Source: Adineta vaga (lineage: Eukaryota; Animalia; Rotifera). From it: a DNA stretch of 64,000 nucleotides. Positions 10,746-23,305 of this stretch are shown here, piece by piece. The stretch covers positions 14,384,001-14,448,000 of the forward strand of contig CP075493.1 of the NCBI GenBank assembly GCA_021613535.1, in the 5' to 3' direction. Both the position numbers and the translations under genes were made by a program. Numbering within the stretch: the stretch's first letter is position 1; every line of letters starts with the position of its first letter. A model generated the notes under the pieces. It saw nothing but the letters and a program-made list of their open reading frames with translations. It ran no database searches and was not told the origin of the DNA.

Positions 10746-13049
10746 ATGGCAGAGCATTCGTATAATAGTATTGAAGATGAGATAATTAATGTCTTACGAC
10801 CACAGGATGATGATATTAAATATCAAGTGGTTACTGATCTGTTAAGCAATGGTCGACAAGCATTACACCAATATCAAGAAGAACTTATTCCCAAAATATA
10901 CAAGAAAGAAATCAATACTGCCGATGGACAATTGCTTCAGTTATTAAAACAATACTTCGATCGACAATGGCATAGCCAATATGATTCTGTAAATCAATGG
11001 TTCACTTCATTCATTACAACTTATCAAAATGACAAAAATCCTCAACAATACGAACGTGTTTTAACTCGTACAGCTGAACATGGAAATCGATACATGAAAG
11101 ATTGTCCAGTATTGTCGATAGTTCTACAACTTCTTTTCGAATTGATCGATGATGAATGTTTACTACAAAATACAACGATCTTTGATGATCTTTGGTCGAC
11201 AGTCACGAACGAAGGTTTGAAGTCAATAGGAAAATATTCGAATTATATGAAAGAGGAAGTGCTGAATGAAGAAGTTGATAAACATCGCTCGACATTATAT
11301 CGAGCATTGTGTGAATATTATCGTCCACGGTTAGTCGCTGTACTGAAAGAACATCATATTGATGAAGAAGAAATTGATCATGATGTGGCACTCGATCGGA
11401 TTGCTGAGAATGGTGTGAAAAAAGGTATTGATTTGATTCAACAGGAGATTGTAACTAGAAAACAAAAACAAGTGCTATCGGAAAATCTTCATTCTAATGA
11501 ACAGACGAATCGAAAGACCATATCGGCTAATGCACATTTAACAGTAACCAAATCAAACGTAGTCGAAGGTAAGTTTAATGAAAGTAATGACTTGAGAATA
11601 ACTATGAATTTTATAGTTGAGGAACCAACGAGTGCTACGATAATCAAAGTATATGTGAAAAGAACTGGTGAAATAATTTATGTTCCAATGAAATTGGTAT
11701 CTACAGTAAGGGATGTGATTAAATATGTCTGTGAGAAAAGTATATGTAATGCAAAAATGGATTACAACAATTATTATCTTATTTCATCGAAAAATGATCA
11801 AATGTTATATGATGATCAGATATTAGATGAAATGAGTATTCGTTGCGAAGAAAGTTTCGAATTTAAATTATGTGTAAAAGCAGCAATGAGACAACAAATT
11901 ATAACTCTTGCACTGACAAAATTAAATATAAGCCGCAATGAAGATGTTTCGAATCTACAAACACCAGTGGATAAAGTAAGTTTTCATCTTTAATATTTGA
12001 TAGTTTCTATAAATATCTGTGTTTAGACTGAAAACTCAAACGAACCGATATATAGCACTGTGCAGAAAAAGTTGTCGAAAATGAGTGAAGTTGATGCAAG
12101 TCCGGATTCAGTACCAAATTCAGTGTCTAGCATATCAAGATTGGCTTTATCGAAAAAAACAAATTCAGATCTATTACAAAAAGAAGATTTAGCTAATAGT
12201 TATCGTCAACTACAAAAGAGAGTCGAAGAAATTAGTGAACAGCTCATTGTTGATCCTATTTTACGCCAAAAGATGTTTGATAAACTGGGTGAAATAAATG
12301 TTGTCGTATGTGGTTCACCACGAGTAGGAAAAAGTGCTCTCATCAATGCTATATGCCAACAGAATCTAGCTGGAACGCATGCTGGTCTTCATTCCTGTAC
12401 GAACACAATGTCGTGTTACTATATGAAAGGTAATATTGAAATTGGTGACGAAACAATCGATTATCAATATAACTTCTGGGATACACCTGGATTCGAGAAT
12501 TGGGATCGAGCAGCTATTCGTACTAGTATGAAACATATTAAGAAGAAGCCTAAGTCAACTATAACATGCATGATTTATTGCGCTTCACCTGGTTCATTTG
12601 CTAATCTTGAACAGCTCGAATGGGTATTAGATGAATGTATAAAAGAGCATATATTTTGTGCACTCGTATGTACAAATAAATGGAGTGGATTCAAAGAACA
12701 AAGAAATGCTATCATAGCAGATTTTCACCAGATACTCGAGAAATATCATGAAAAAACCGAATACAAAAATGGTGTGACATACTTTGGAAATGTTGGTTTA
12801 TGTACAAGTGTTAATAGTATTCCAATTAAAGATGAAGAAACGGGTAAAGAATTCGAAGAGTCTGGTATAGAGGAGCTTATATTTGGTATTATGGAATCAC
12901 TGGACGATGAAAAAGTAGCACAATGGTGTATGGTTGCATTTGAAAATAAATCATTTTGGAAAAAACTCTCTGATTATCCGGCACAGTTAAAGAACTTCTT
13001 AATCAAATTTTTTCAAGGAGCAGCAACAAACGAAACAAATGATAGTTAA
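10746..13049 (+). CDS. Copy B (intact): uncharacterised N-terminal repeat domain + ubiquitin/RA-like domain + P-loop GTPase
   Basis: Intron 11976-12026 joins the ORFs in frame. Same GTPase motifs as copy A; tandem paralog of 8009-10251. Confidence 0.85.
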
Positions 13050-13364
13050 TCGAAAAATTCACGTTTTATTTTTTGAAAGTTTTCACATTTTGTATCCGTA
13101 AAAATATATGAGTAAAACCTTTCAACAATGATCTTCGACAGGACTTCTTTGCACATATATTTTCAAATTGTTTATCTTTTTCTCACCTTTTTCATTGTGA
13201 AAGAAAGGAAACGTCTCATTCTTATCGCTCTACTAACATTTGTTGTTGACATCGTGGATAGATCTATAAGCAACAAGAAAAAAATTTCGAAGAACAGAAA
13301 AGGAAAAAAATCAATTCTTTACACAACGCTTTACTTCTTTTTATATTTTATTCACGATAATAAC

Positions 13365-13874
13365 ATGTCAACACCTAATATATTTATATTCGTAACAGGT
13401 TCTGGTCGAGCAAAAGATGTACCAGAACTTGTTCGTGAAACTGTCGCTGCTGGATGGAATACATATACAATTTTAACATCCAATGTTAGTTCAGTGTTAC
13501 CTCCAGATGAAATTTCTGATATACCTGGTAGTCATTCTATTCATGGTTATGAAGATCCAATATTGAAGAAATATCCATTCGGTACAATACTTGTTGCACC
13601 TTGTACATTCAATACATTTAATAAATTAGCATTAGGTTTAGCTGATAATCTTGCAACAGCAATGATTGCTGATGCATTAGGTGCAAAATGTCCAATAATA
13701 ATCGCTCCAGCAATGAATAGTGGCCTATGGAACCATCCACAGACTCGAATATCAGAAGCAAAATTAAAAGAATGGGGTTGTACTATAATTCCACCATATA
13801 TTGATGAAAAAATTGTTACCATGGCACCAATTAAGGATATTTTACAGTACTTGCATCAACATTTTCAATCTTAA
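13365..13874 (+). CDS. HFCD-family flavoprotein (PPC-decarboxylase/EpiD/Dfp fold), intronless, bacterial-like
   Basis: 169 aa from ATG 13365; VTGS, LVAPCTFNTFNKLALGLADN and PAMNSGLWNHP motifs. Confidence 0.85.
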   Translation: MSTPNIFIFVTGSGRAKDVPELVRETVAAGWNTYTILTSNVSSVLPPDEISDIPGSHSIHGYEDPILKKYPFGTILVAPCTFNTFNKLALGLADNLATAMIADALGAKCPIIIAPAMNSGLWNHPQTRISEAKLKEWGCTIIPPYIDEKIVTMAPIKDILQYLHQHFQS

Positions 13875-14402
13875 GGATACACGTGAGAGTGCTTGTTCTT
13901 TATTACAAGGATATCTATTCATGTTTGCTATGATCTTATCATTCTTTTTCTTTTTTCGTTTCATTTTATCCTTGTCAATTAGAGTCTATGGTCTTTTATA
14001 TATCAAATTGAATTTTGAAATCAAAGTTGAATCACTTTCATTCTGCGATACTGATAGAATCAGGGAGACTTTATAGATTAAGTGAATTATAGAAGTCCAA
14101 TGCTTTTCTTGACAATTAGATAAATGCTGTGAAGCGAATGAATTTTGATTGAAACATATACTCTACATAGCTTCTGAACAAACACTTTTCTCAGTAGAAG
14201 CTTCTGTGTCATGTAAATTGCTAGATATTAAAAAATGAATCAGAAATACTGATTTTTTAATTGGCAAAAGTTTGCACGATTGAACCACTAAGGTTTTCTA
14301 TTCCATTTATTGCTGCTGATACACTTGATGAAATTTTCCATCATCGGTAGCGACACTTAATGACACCCTCAAGTATTCCTAGTCTCGTCATCTTGATTGT
14401 AA

Positions 14403-17203
14403 ATGAAGTCTGTTGAATCCTATACTTATATCGGCTACACTCATTTTTAGTTGCTTAAGTGTACCATCAAAGCCATCCGATAGCTGCGGTTACAATGTTA
14501 GTATATAAGAGATGCAATTTAGGTCAATCGAACAAATTAAATGTTCATAATGTCCCACATACTCACAATGATGTTAGTTGGTTAAAAACGATTGATCAAT
14601 ATTATTACGGTTGCGAAAAAAATGTATTTGAACATGGAACGGAGAATACCATTGTTATATTTTAGCTCGTAATAATATTCAACATATTCTTGATTCAGTT
14701 ATCCAAGCTCTAACAGAAAACCCTGATCGTCGATTTATCTATGTTGAAATTGCTTTTTTCTGGCGTTCGTGGAGACAACCAAGTGGAGAAGTACAAAATA
14801 CAGTTCGACAATTAGTCAATGAAGGTGAATATCTTGAGATATTTATGTAAATTATTATTGTGACTAATGTATAGGTCGTTTGGAATTTACTTCTGGTATG
14901 GATGGTCAATGAATGATGAAGGTGTTACGCATTGCAATTCGATTATTGATCAACATAGTTTAAGAGCAGAAATTTTACGTGATCAATTTGACCATTCTAA
15001 ACAAGTTGCTTCACTTTTTGCATATGTAAGTCATTTGATTAAAAAGACGATATAATTTACTGAATAAACTATGCTTTCTAGATGAGTTTTGATGGATTAT
15101 TTTCTGGTCGATTAGATCTTCAAGATTTTTCTCATCGATATCTTACACAAACAATGGAAATGATATGGAATGGAAGTGCGAATATTGGTGTGACATTCAG
15201 AACTTATTGTCCACCGGAATCATTTTGTTTTGATGTGTTCTGTCAAGATGAACCAATAAAAGTCAGTTTCTTCGGGATTTTTTTTCTTTTTACTTTGAAA
15301 GATTCTATGCATTCGTAGGATGATCCAAAATTAAAGGATTAGAATGTTCCTGAACGCATTCAAGAATTTATCAATACTGCACATACCTATATTTGTTTTA
15401 CATTGATTTACGTGGTGATGAATAATTCCTTATTTCGATCTAATTTAGGCGATGGCTTATGCAACAAATCATATCATGATGACTATAGGAGATGATTTTC
15501 AATATGAAAATGCTTATGAGTGGTATAAAAATTTAGATAAATTAATAAAATATAGTGATATAAATGTCTTCTATTCTACTCCAACTGTGGTAAATGTTTA
15601 CCAATTGAACGGCAAGATAATGTAAGTAAAGAAAAATTTTTCTCTCTGATCTTTACATTTTTTGAAGAAAGTAGTTTACATTAGCAATCTGGAATCCAAT
15701 GATACAGTCATTAGATTATATGGTACGTGTACCTGTGACCGATAAATATACCGTTCGTAGTCCAACAGGATCATTTATTACAGCAGATGTAAATATTGCT
15801 TATTATGGTATCTAGTTTCGTTGAGAATAACTCCAATGAACTAGTTTGTACCAATTTTGACACTGATCAAAAATATCCCTGGCCGAACAAGTTCTGCTCA
15901 ATATGAAGCAGTTTCTCAAACAACCTTACCAGCACTTGGCTTTAATACATATTTTTTGAAATTAAAAAGGAAAAAGAAAAAGACTCGTCAATGGAAACAA
16001 CTCATAATGTAGCATGTATTATTCAAAATCAGGTATTGTTGAATGATACATTCGATCAATGTTCATTTATCTTTATTTAGCATCTGACTGCCGAATTTGA
16101 CAATCAAAGAAATCCGCAGAATATTACGAATCGATTACGAAGATTTTCAATACAATTTTCTGTCCAAGGTTTTTATTGGTACCAAAGTAAAGATGATGAT
16201 CATCATTATGTAATTTTCTGATGAAATAATTTTCAATTTCAGGTTTTCAAGAAAATAATTGTAGTCCAGAATTTCAATCATCCGGTGCTTATTATTTTCG
16301 ACCATTCACATCGAATCCATTACCAATCAGCACATCTTGAAATATGTATGTATAATAATAAATCACTTTCTTGATTTGAATGAATAAGCACGCGTCATCT
16401 CATTCAAAACATGTTCATATACAAGTCAAGTTCAAACAGTTCTAATTGTTTATAATGAATGGGCCAGTCAAGAAGTTCGAATTTATGCTCAATTGCAGAT
16501 TGTGGAAATTGAATGGATTGTTGGACTGATACCGATTGCAGATAATCTTGGTAAGGAAATCATCATGCGCTATAACACAGATATTAAAAGTAATGAACGT
16601 TTTTATACGGATGCTAATGGACGTGAAGTTCTTGAACGTAAACGAGATTATCGACCCTCATATAATTATACAATTTATGAAAGTGTCAGTAGAAATTATT
16701 ATCCAGTAGTGAGTCGATTTGGATAAAAGATAATGAACGACAATTAAAAATATTAACAGATCGATCTCAAGGTGGTTCAAGTATTCATGATGGTTCCATA
16801 GAATTGATGATTCATCGTCATACACTTTACGATGATAATCTTGGCGTTGGAGAACCTCACAATGAAACTGCTTATTGTCAAGGTCTTGTTATTTGTGGTA
16901 AACATATTCTGATTATTGAACCACCCGAAAAAAGTGTAGAACATCATCATCCTATTACTCAAACCCGTTTTATGAGTCCATTTAGTACATATGCATTACC
17001 TAACTTGTCTTATACAAATTATTCTCTAAATTATCACCACACATGCTCAGCATTAATGAAATCATTACCATATAATATTCATTTATTAACTTTTGATTAA
17101 CTATCATCAAAAGTATTTCTTATTCGAATTAAATTCATTGAAAAGTACAATTGTAACATTGAATTCGATGGAAATTAAAACATTTCAAGTGACATTATTT
17201 TAA
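14403..17203 (+). pseudogene. Lysosomal alpha-mannosidase (GH38, MAN2B1-like) pseudogene retaining introns
   Basis: Fragments [55 protein letters not shown] and terminal MEIKTFQV. In-frame stops (~15339, ~16338, ~17098), frameshifts and internal deletions. Confidence 0.88.
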
Positions 17204-17700
17204 ATTCAATTCTTAGGCGAAAGAAAACTAGTTTTGAAATAAGAGTCATGCAGTTTATAAATTGGAACTTTCCAATCGATCGATTCCTTCTGTTTTCTAT
17301 GTGTATGATTCATAAAAAAAAAATTTATAATGATGAAACTCTTGTTTTATTGTGAAAATAATAATAAATCGAATGTTATGAAAGGTAGATATAATTCATA
17401 GTTTTTTTTGTCTTTTTTTTTCATTTTTATTATCATTACTGGTAGAACATACGTCAACATTCCAGCCATACTCACGTGGACACTTGCAAAATAAAAGAAG
17501 TCACATATTTATTTAAGTAAAACAAAAAAGACTTTTACGAAATGCTTAGAATGGGGGAAAACATTGCAACAAATTGTTTTTCTTTTCTATTACTCATGTA
17601 TTTTTTTAAAAGAATCGTAGCTGAGTAAAAAATATAAGAGAACAGACGAAAAAAGAGTTATGGCAATACTTTTTTTTTCGAATACTGATCACACTAAAAT

Positions 17701-18838
17701 ATGAAATTTGAGACAATCGTGTGTCTGAGCGTCCTTTTCGTATGTATAAAAGGTATGATCGTTTTATTTTCAATTTAGTCTAGTCATTCACAGAATCAAC
17801 TACTTTTAGGCCAAACGACGCAAATACCGAATTATTATTGTAATCAAACTAATGAAACTGTAGAATTTACATTATCTTCATTAGTTCATTCCGCGTGGAA
17901 TCCGATGACAAATTGTTCTCTCTCCAGATATATTGGTAGTTCGACTAATAATAACATTTGTCAATCATTATCTACACATTGTTTTGATTATCATACATCG
18001 AATAATACTAGCTTGTTTGCACCTGCTATCGAATGTTCTATTTTGGAAGCATGTGATAATATTACATATACTTGTGTATCAAATACATCAGTATGCATCA
18101 TTAACTCATGTTGCTCAGCACAGACAGTATGCTTACCATTATCAGTCACAAATTTCTGCATATCAGGTATGATACTCTTTGCAATAGGTGTGGACCCATT
18201 TTCTATGCCCTTTCCTCGTGTGAATTGTTTGTAGGTAATATGTCTGCCACAGCTAGTTCTACAACCAGCTCCATGACCACTACAAAATCTGGTAGGTGTT
18301 ATCTATTCAGATCAGTAAAACATACCTTCGTCATGCGACTTATTTTACTGCTATAGTTTGCGCAACACTTATTACGTTTGACGATATTCCTAGTCAATCA
18401 TCATCATCGGGTGTTGTTCCAAATGGATATAATGATCTCAATTGGACCAATGTCAACTATATTAATGCATCATCAACGCCAATTAGCGGTTTCCAGAGAT
18501 TTTTACCTGTGTCACCCTATGTTGCATATAATCCAGGAGGTGTCAATATTACGATAGCATCGGCGAATGGTTCGAGCTTTTCCTTTGATAGAATCACATG
18601 GATTTCTGCTTGGCGAGATAATCTCACAGTATCCATCGCATTATATCGATCAGGCGCGCTAAGATTGAGCAATAGTCGTGTACTAAATACAGTAAACTCG
18701 ACCACATTTTCATGCAGTATTTGTACGAATATAGACACAATTTCGTTTGCAGCCTCGAGTGGAACTCCAGTTTCTGGATGGAGTCAAAGTGGAACTGAAT
18801 TTGTTTTTGATAATTTATGTATTTCATTCGGATACTAA
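17701..18838 (+). CDS. Secreted protein: signal peptide + Cys-rich module + Thr/Ser linker + C-terminal 'ITFDD..VPNGY..LNW' domain
   Basis: Exons 17701-17752, 17810-18166, 18235-18291, 18357-18838 join in frame through phase-1 GT-AG introns; N-terminus MKFETIVCLSVLFVCIKG. Confidence 0.75.
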
Positions 18839-19421
18839 TATTGATAACTAAATAAATCTTTAATAGTGAATGCGAAAGAAAGAATATCTTAAAGTTTATA
18901 CTAGGAGAGTGAGAGATGATTGTAAGTGTGGCGAAGATGGTCATAAGAGTGCCAATGACGATGTATACCTTATCTGTTCACACACCCTCACCTTTAGGAA
19001 ATTTTCCATAATTTTCAGTGCGCTCCTCAAGTGTCTTTTTATATTTTGGTAGCCATTCCATTTTGTTTTTAGCTTTAGAAATCATGATACCGTTCTCGGT
19101 AGCATTTTCTGTACTGACTGCTTGCAATTGTTAGCCGTACATCATGAATTTAATTATTTGACGATTATTTTTATGCTGTCAATCGACCAACTCGAATGTG
19201 GTTGAATATCAGCTTAGTTGGAGATAGAACCGATACGAGGTGCTTTACCTACATTTTTGAGCTGAGAAATGCGGACTAACATTAGATATCTTCTCCAATT
19301 TCAATAGCATTAATGTCTATACTTGAACAACATTATCATTTGTTTTGATGAGTACATTTCAATTAAAAAATTAAAAAACAATTTTATTTATTAACAATGA
19401 GTCAACGTATAAACTAAAATG

Positions 19422-20793
19422 TTAGATCCATATTCGGATGACTTTAGAACAACATGGATCTCTAGTAAGAAAACATGTTGGTGATAGATAGTATTTTAAA
19501 CATCGAGTAAGTTCATCGGAGACTTCCTCTTCACAATAAACATGTGCTGCTTGAAGATTGATCCTTTTTTTAACAAGAGTGATGACACAATAACGATTTT
19601 TAACATCAATCAAACGTAATTGACATTGAATACCAAATAGTGAACGACAAAATATCAAACATTCTTCTTCATTAAAGCAATAATTTAATTCCGAAAAATG
19701 AATAGTATAAAGTGAAGAATGTCTCAATTTAAACAATGACATTTGCAGAGGTAATGATTTTTTTTGATTGATACGTAACGAATAAAGATTAGGTGCTTGA
19801 TCTAATAAATTTTGCAATTCAGATTGATAAGCATCAGTATAAGAAGAAATATGCAATGTATTTAAATGATTGAAACTTGATATCACCGACCAAAATTGAT
19901 TGTGAAGAGGAAGTTTTATACTAATATAATGAATATTGGATAAATAAATATCGGATGGTATTGGTTGATCAAAAAACGTTTTCATCAATTATATTATATT
20001 TATAGCACTATAAATCTTTTTTTCATTATCATTGGAATATGTTGATTTTCATATGGAAGAATTGTATTCGTCATGTCAAGTTTAAAGATATTAAGTTTAG
20101 GAAGATACATATGAATAATTTGTTCCCATTGATAACCATCAATGAAAATGTTAAATAAAGTCATATTTAAATAACGTAGATAAGATAAATTTTTCAAGAA
20201 TAAAATCATCTTGGACAAATCACATTTATAAAATATAGAAATATTTAAACTAATTAAAGTTGAAAGATATAATCGTCATTAACATTATTGGAAGTATCAA
20301 GGCTGATTGAAGAGTAGAGGATATTCTTTTTGAAAACGAACATTTGCATAGATGTTGATCAAACAGAGTTAAAGAACAAGAATCAATTGATAATCAATGA
20401 TACGTTTTTGTAGACGAAAACAGGTGATGGTTAAATGAGTAAGATTCAATAAATGTGGTAATTCCTGAATAAGTTTTCTGATTATTTCAGATGAAAAGTT
20501 AGATGATATTGTAATTGATCGTAATCCAATAAATTCACGAAATGTTGAATATAAGCGAAAAATAAATCAGTTAGTCCAGGAATTGTATCCTTTTCGAAAA
20601 AACTTCGATCATAAATTCGAATAATAAGATATGGAAGATGTTGTTGACATATTTCATCAAATTGACTTTTTTTTATAGAAGAAAACTTGAACCAATGTAA
20701 TGGATATTGTTTATAGATAAGATCATTTAAAATACTATTGAAATAATCGAATAGTTCAAGTAAGATTTCATTTGGTAGTGATTCGAAATTCAT
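19422..20793 (-). pseudogene. F-box + degenerate LRR protein, fragmented
   Basis: F-box start MNFESLPNEILLELFDYF; typical internal IDGYQWEQII..LPKL segment; split over three ORFs by stops and frameshifts. Confidence 0.72.
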
Positions 20794-21489
20794 GATGTTA
20801 TACTAATGAAAGACATCAATTTTCGTAGATAATATATGATACATCAAAACAAAAGATTATAGGAAGAAAGTTTATCATCGGTCATGCTTTGTCTAGGCCA
20901 TGTGTCAAACAGATTGGTGCTATCTAATGACTTTTCCCGAAAAGAATGTTCGTTTATTAGTTTTATTCTTCATATGAAAGAAAAATATCAAATAAACAGT
21001 TTGACATATTGCTCTAGGTACATTCTATGCCTTTTTTTCTTCCTTCTATCGAACCACTCATAATATTTACAATGATACGCATTTTTATTTCAATTTCTTT
21101 TCCATTTTATAATTCCACATCTTCTTATATAAGACAAATTTTTATTTTCGACAACAACATAATTACATAAATTACCATATTTTTCTTCGTTTCGTTTTGA
21201 TATTTTGTTTTTATTTTTTCCATCCTTTTTAAAATCGAATAAAAATAAATGTTTTCCCCACACATTCCTACGAGTTTCTACTACATAAGGAAAGAAATAT
21301 ATGTTCCACATAAACGAAACAGCATTACTTTTTCCTTTCGTTCACATGCACAACTGTGCAATCACAAATATCATCAATTTCTAACTGCAAAACCATGAAT
21401 GAACAATTATACATGAAAATAACGAGTCTATAACAATATATATATATATATACATCTTACACGTTTACTTTTACATAGTAAAAAGAAAA

Positions 21490-21819
21490 ATGTCTTATAT
21501 TGTTGTCGATGACAGTAGAAGAAATACCATACTTCCAGTTTATGATCATGGAGCAGTTCGAAGACTTGGATATGGTGCTACTGGAAGAAATAGATCACGC
21601 GGAGTAGCTAGAGGACCTGTATATGGAAATCGTGGAGGAATGGCTCAAGGATCTCCAATGACTATTTTTGTTCAATGGACACCAGAATTTATCAAGGCTT
21701 ATCAACAATTTATAAATAGTGGCATGCGCGCTGCGGTTGTTCAGCCGGCGAGTGGTTTTCCGAATTATGGACGAAGAATGCAAGGAGTTTCAACTGGACC
21801 TGGTTTACAAATCCGTTAG
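21490..21819 (+). CDS. Small basic Gly/Arg-rich orphan protein (109 aa)
   Basis: GC-elevated single-exon ORF with an A-rich start context, in an otherwise AT-rich flank. Confidence 0.6.
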   Translation: MSYIVVDDSRRNTILPVYDHGAVRRLGYGATGRNRSRGVARGPVYGNRGGMAQGSPMTIFVQWTPEFIKAYQQFINSGMRAAVVQPASGFPNYGRRMQGVSTGPGLQIR

Positions 21820-22121
21820 ATTCCTTACAACCAATTTTATAAATCAAAATGAAAGTAAACTAAGACGTTCATGTATATCGTTTGTGTATTGTTTCTTTTT
21901 TTTCATACACTAAAAATAGGATGATAAAAAGAATGTGATTATTCATTGTTTTTCGATAGCTATATTTACACGATTTTTTAAGAATATATAGTACGAGATT
22001 ACGATTTATCAGTAGCTATCTCAAAGAAGCATAATTGTGTTCGATAGAATTTCTTCTACAAGAGAAAGAGTAAAAAATTAAATACATGTATGAACAAATC
22101 AGTTCTTTTATCTAAATAAGA

Positions 22122-22484
22122 TTAAATGAAACGAATTGAACATGGCGAAATTTGAGCACATTGTCCATTTAAACATAAGCCTTGAGTACACTGTGGCTCC
22201 ATATGTTTCTTACATTTTTCACACAATCTGTTTGTTATACATGAACTACCAGCAGAACATGAACCATATAAATCAAGAGAACATGCTTGAATTGTAACGC
22301 ATTCTCCATCGAGACATATTCCAGTTGTGCATCCCGGTCCTTTTCCTTGTACACAAAAAGCGCAAATTTTATTGGACATCGAACATTGTGAATCGTCCGT
22401 GCAAGAAGTAGATTTTGTATTTGCAACTTGACTAATTACGATTAGACTGAAAACGCAGGAAACTAAAACGTTGATGCCTACCAT
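22122..22484 (-). CDS. Secreted cysteine-rich protein with two 8-Cys repeats
   Basis: Signal peptide MVGINVLVSCVFSLIVISQVA; repeats CTDDSQC..C..C..C..C..C..C and CSAGSSC..C..C..C..C..C..C. Confidence 0.75.
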   Translation of the reverse strand: MVGINVLVSCVFSLIVISQVANTKSTSCTDDSQCSMSNKICAFCVQGKGPGCTTGICLDGECVTIQACSLDLYGSCSAGSSCITNRLCEKCKKHMEPQCTQGLCLNGQCAQISPCSIRFI

Positions 22485-23305
22485 TTTTGATAAATATACA
22501 AACTGCGACAATTTTATCGCATTTTATACTCTCTCCATTGTTCTTTCATGACGCAGTAATTTTTTCTCAAACGTAAAATATTACTCATATAAAGGCGTAT
22601 AGTTCTTCGTCGTTTATTTACTATATACAGTATAGATGATGTTAGGTCTTAATATCAAATACGTCGATTACTTATCATTCATTGTGCAGTAATAAATTAA
22701 AACTTTGGAAAAGATATATTTCTGTATAACTGTTACCCACACCATCTACAGTCTTGTGATGTATTGAGTCTGTGATTGAATGTTTTACGATGTATAAAGG
22801 TACAGGTATTTTACACTTCAGTATAATTAATGAAGAAATACATGAGAAAAAAAATATGCATATAAACACTATACATACGTACACAACTGTAAAAAAGTAG
22901 CAGTGAAATTATCATACTCCCTTTTTATTGGACTTTTTAAATGAAAAGAATAATAAAATTAATCGATAAAATGCAATCTTTTCTCTATACATTTGAAATT
23001 TAATGTATTAAAATACTTTGCTGTTTTGTTAGATATTGTATATTAAAAACATCATTGATTACCGAGAAAAACTAGAATACGATCTGGTTATGTATATATT
23101 GTTTTTTTGCATGTGTAAGGAAAGGAAAAAAGATACAGTACAACGATTAGAATCTGATGATCACATTGGGCGTGGCATATAACTGGTATGAACTGGTATA
23201 TGAAACCAGTTGTTGTTTTGATTAATGAAATAATATTATACCGCTGGGATACGTATAAAAGCTGAATATTTCATTCTTTTTTTCTCAACGAACAAATATA
23301 CTACC

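Noticed and set aside
13128-13364. Hydrophobic N-terminal extension of the flavoprotein ORF
   Set aside because: AT-rich, low-complexity UTR-like sequence; homology begins at ATG 13365.
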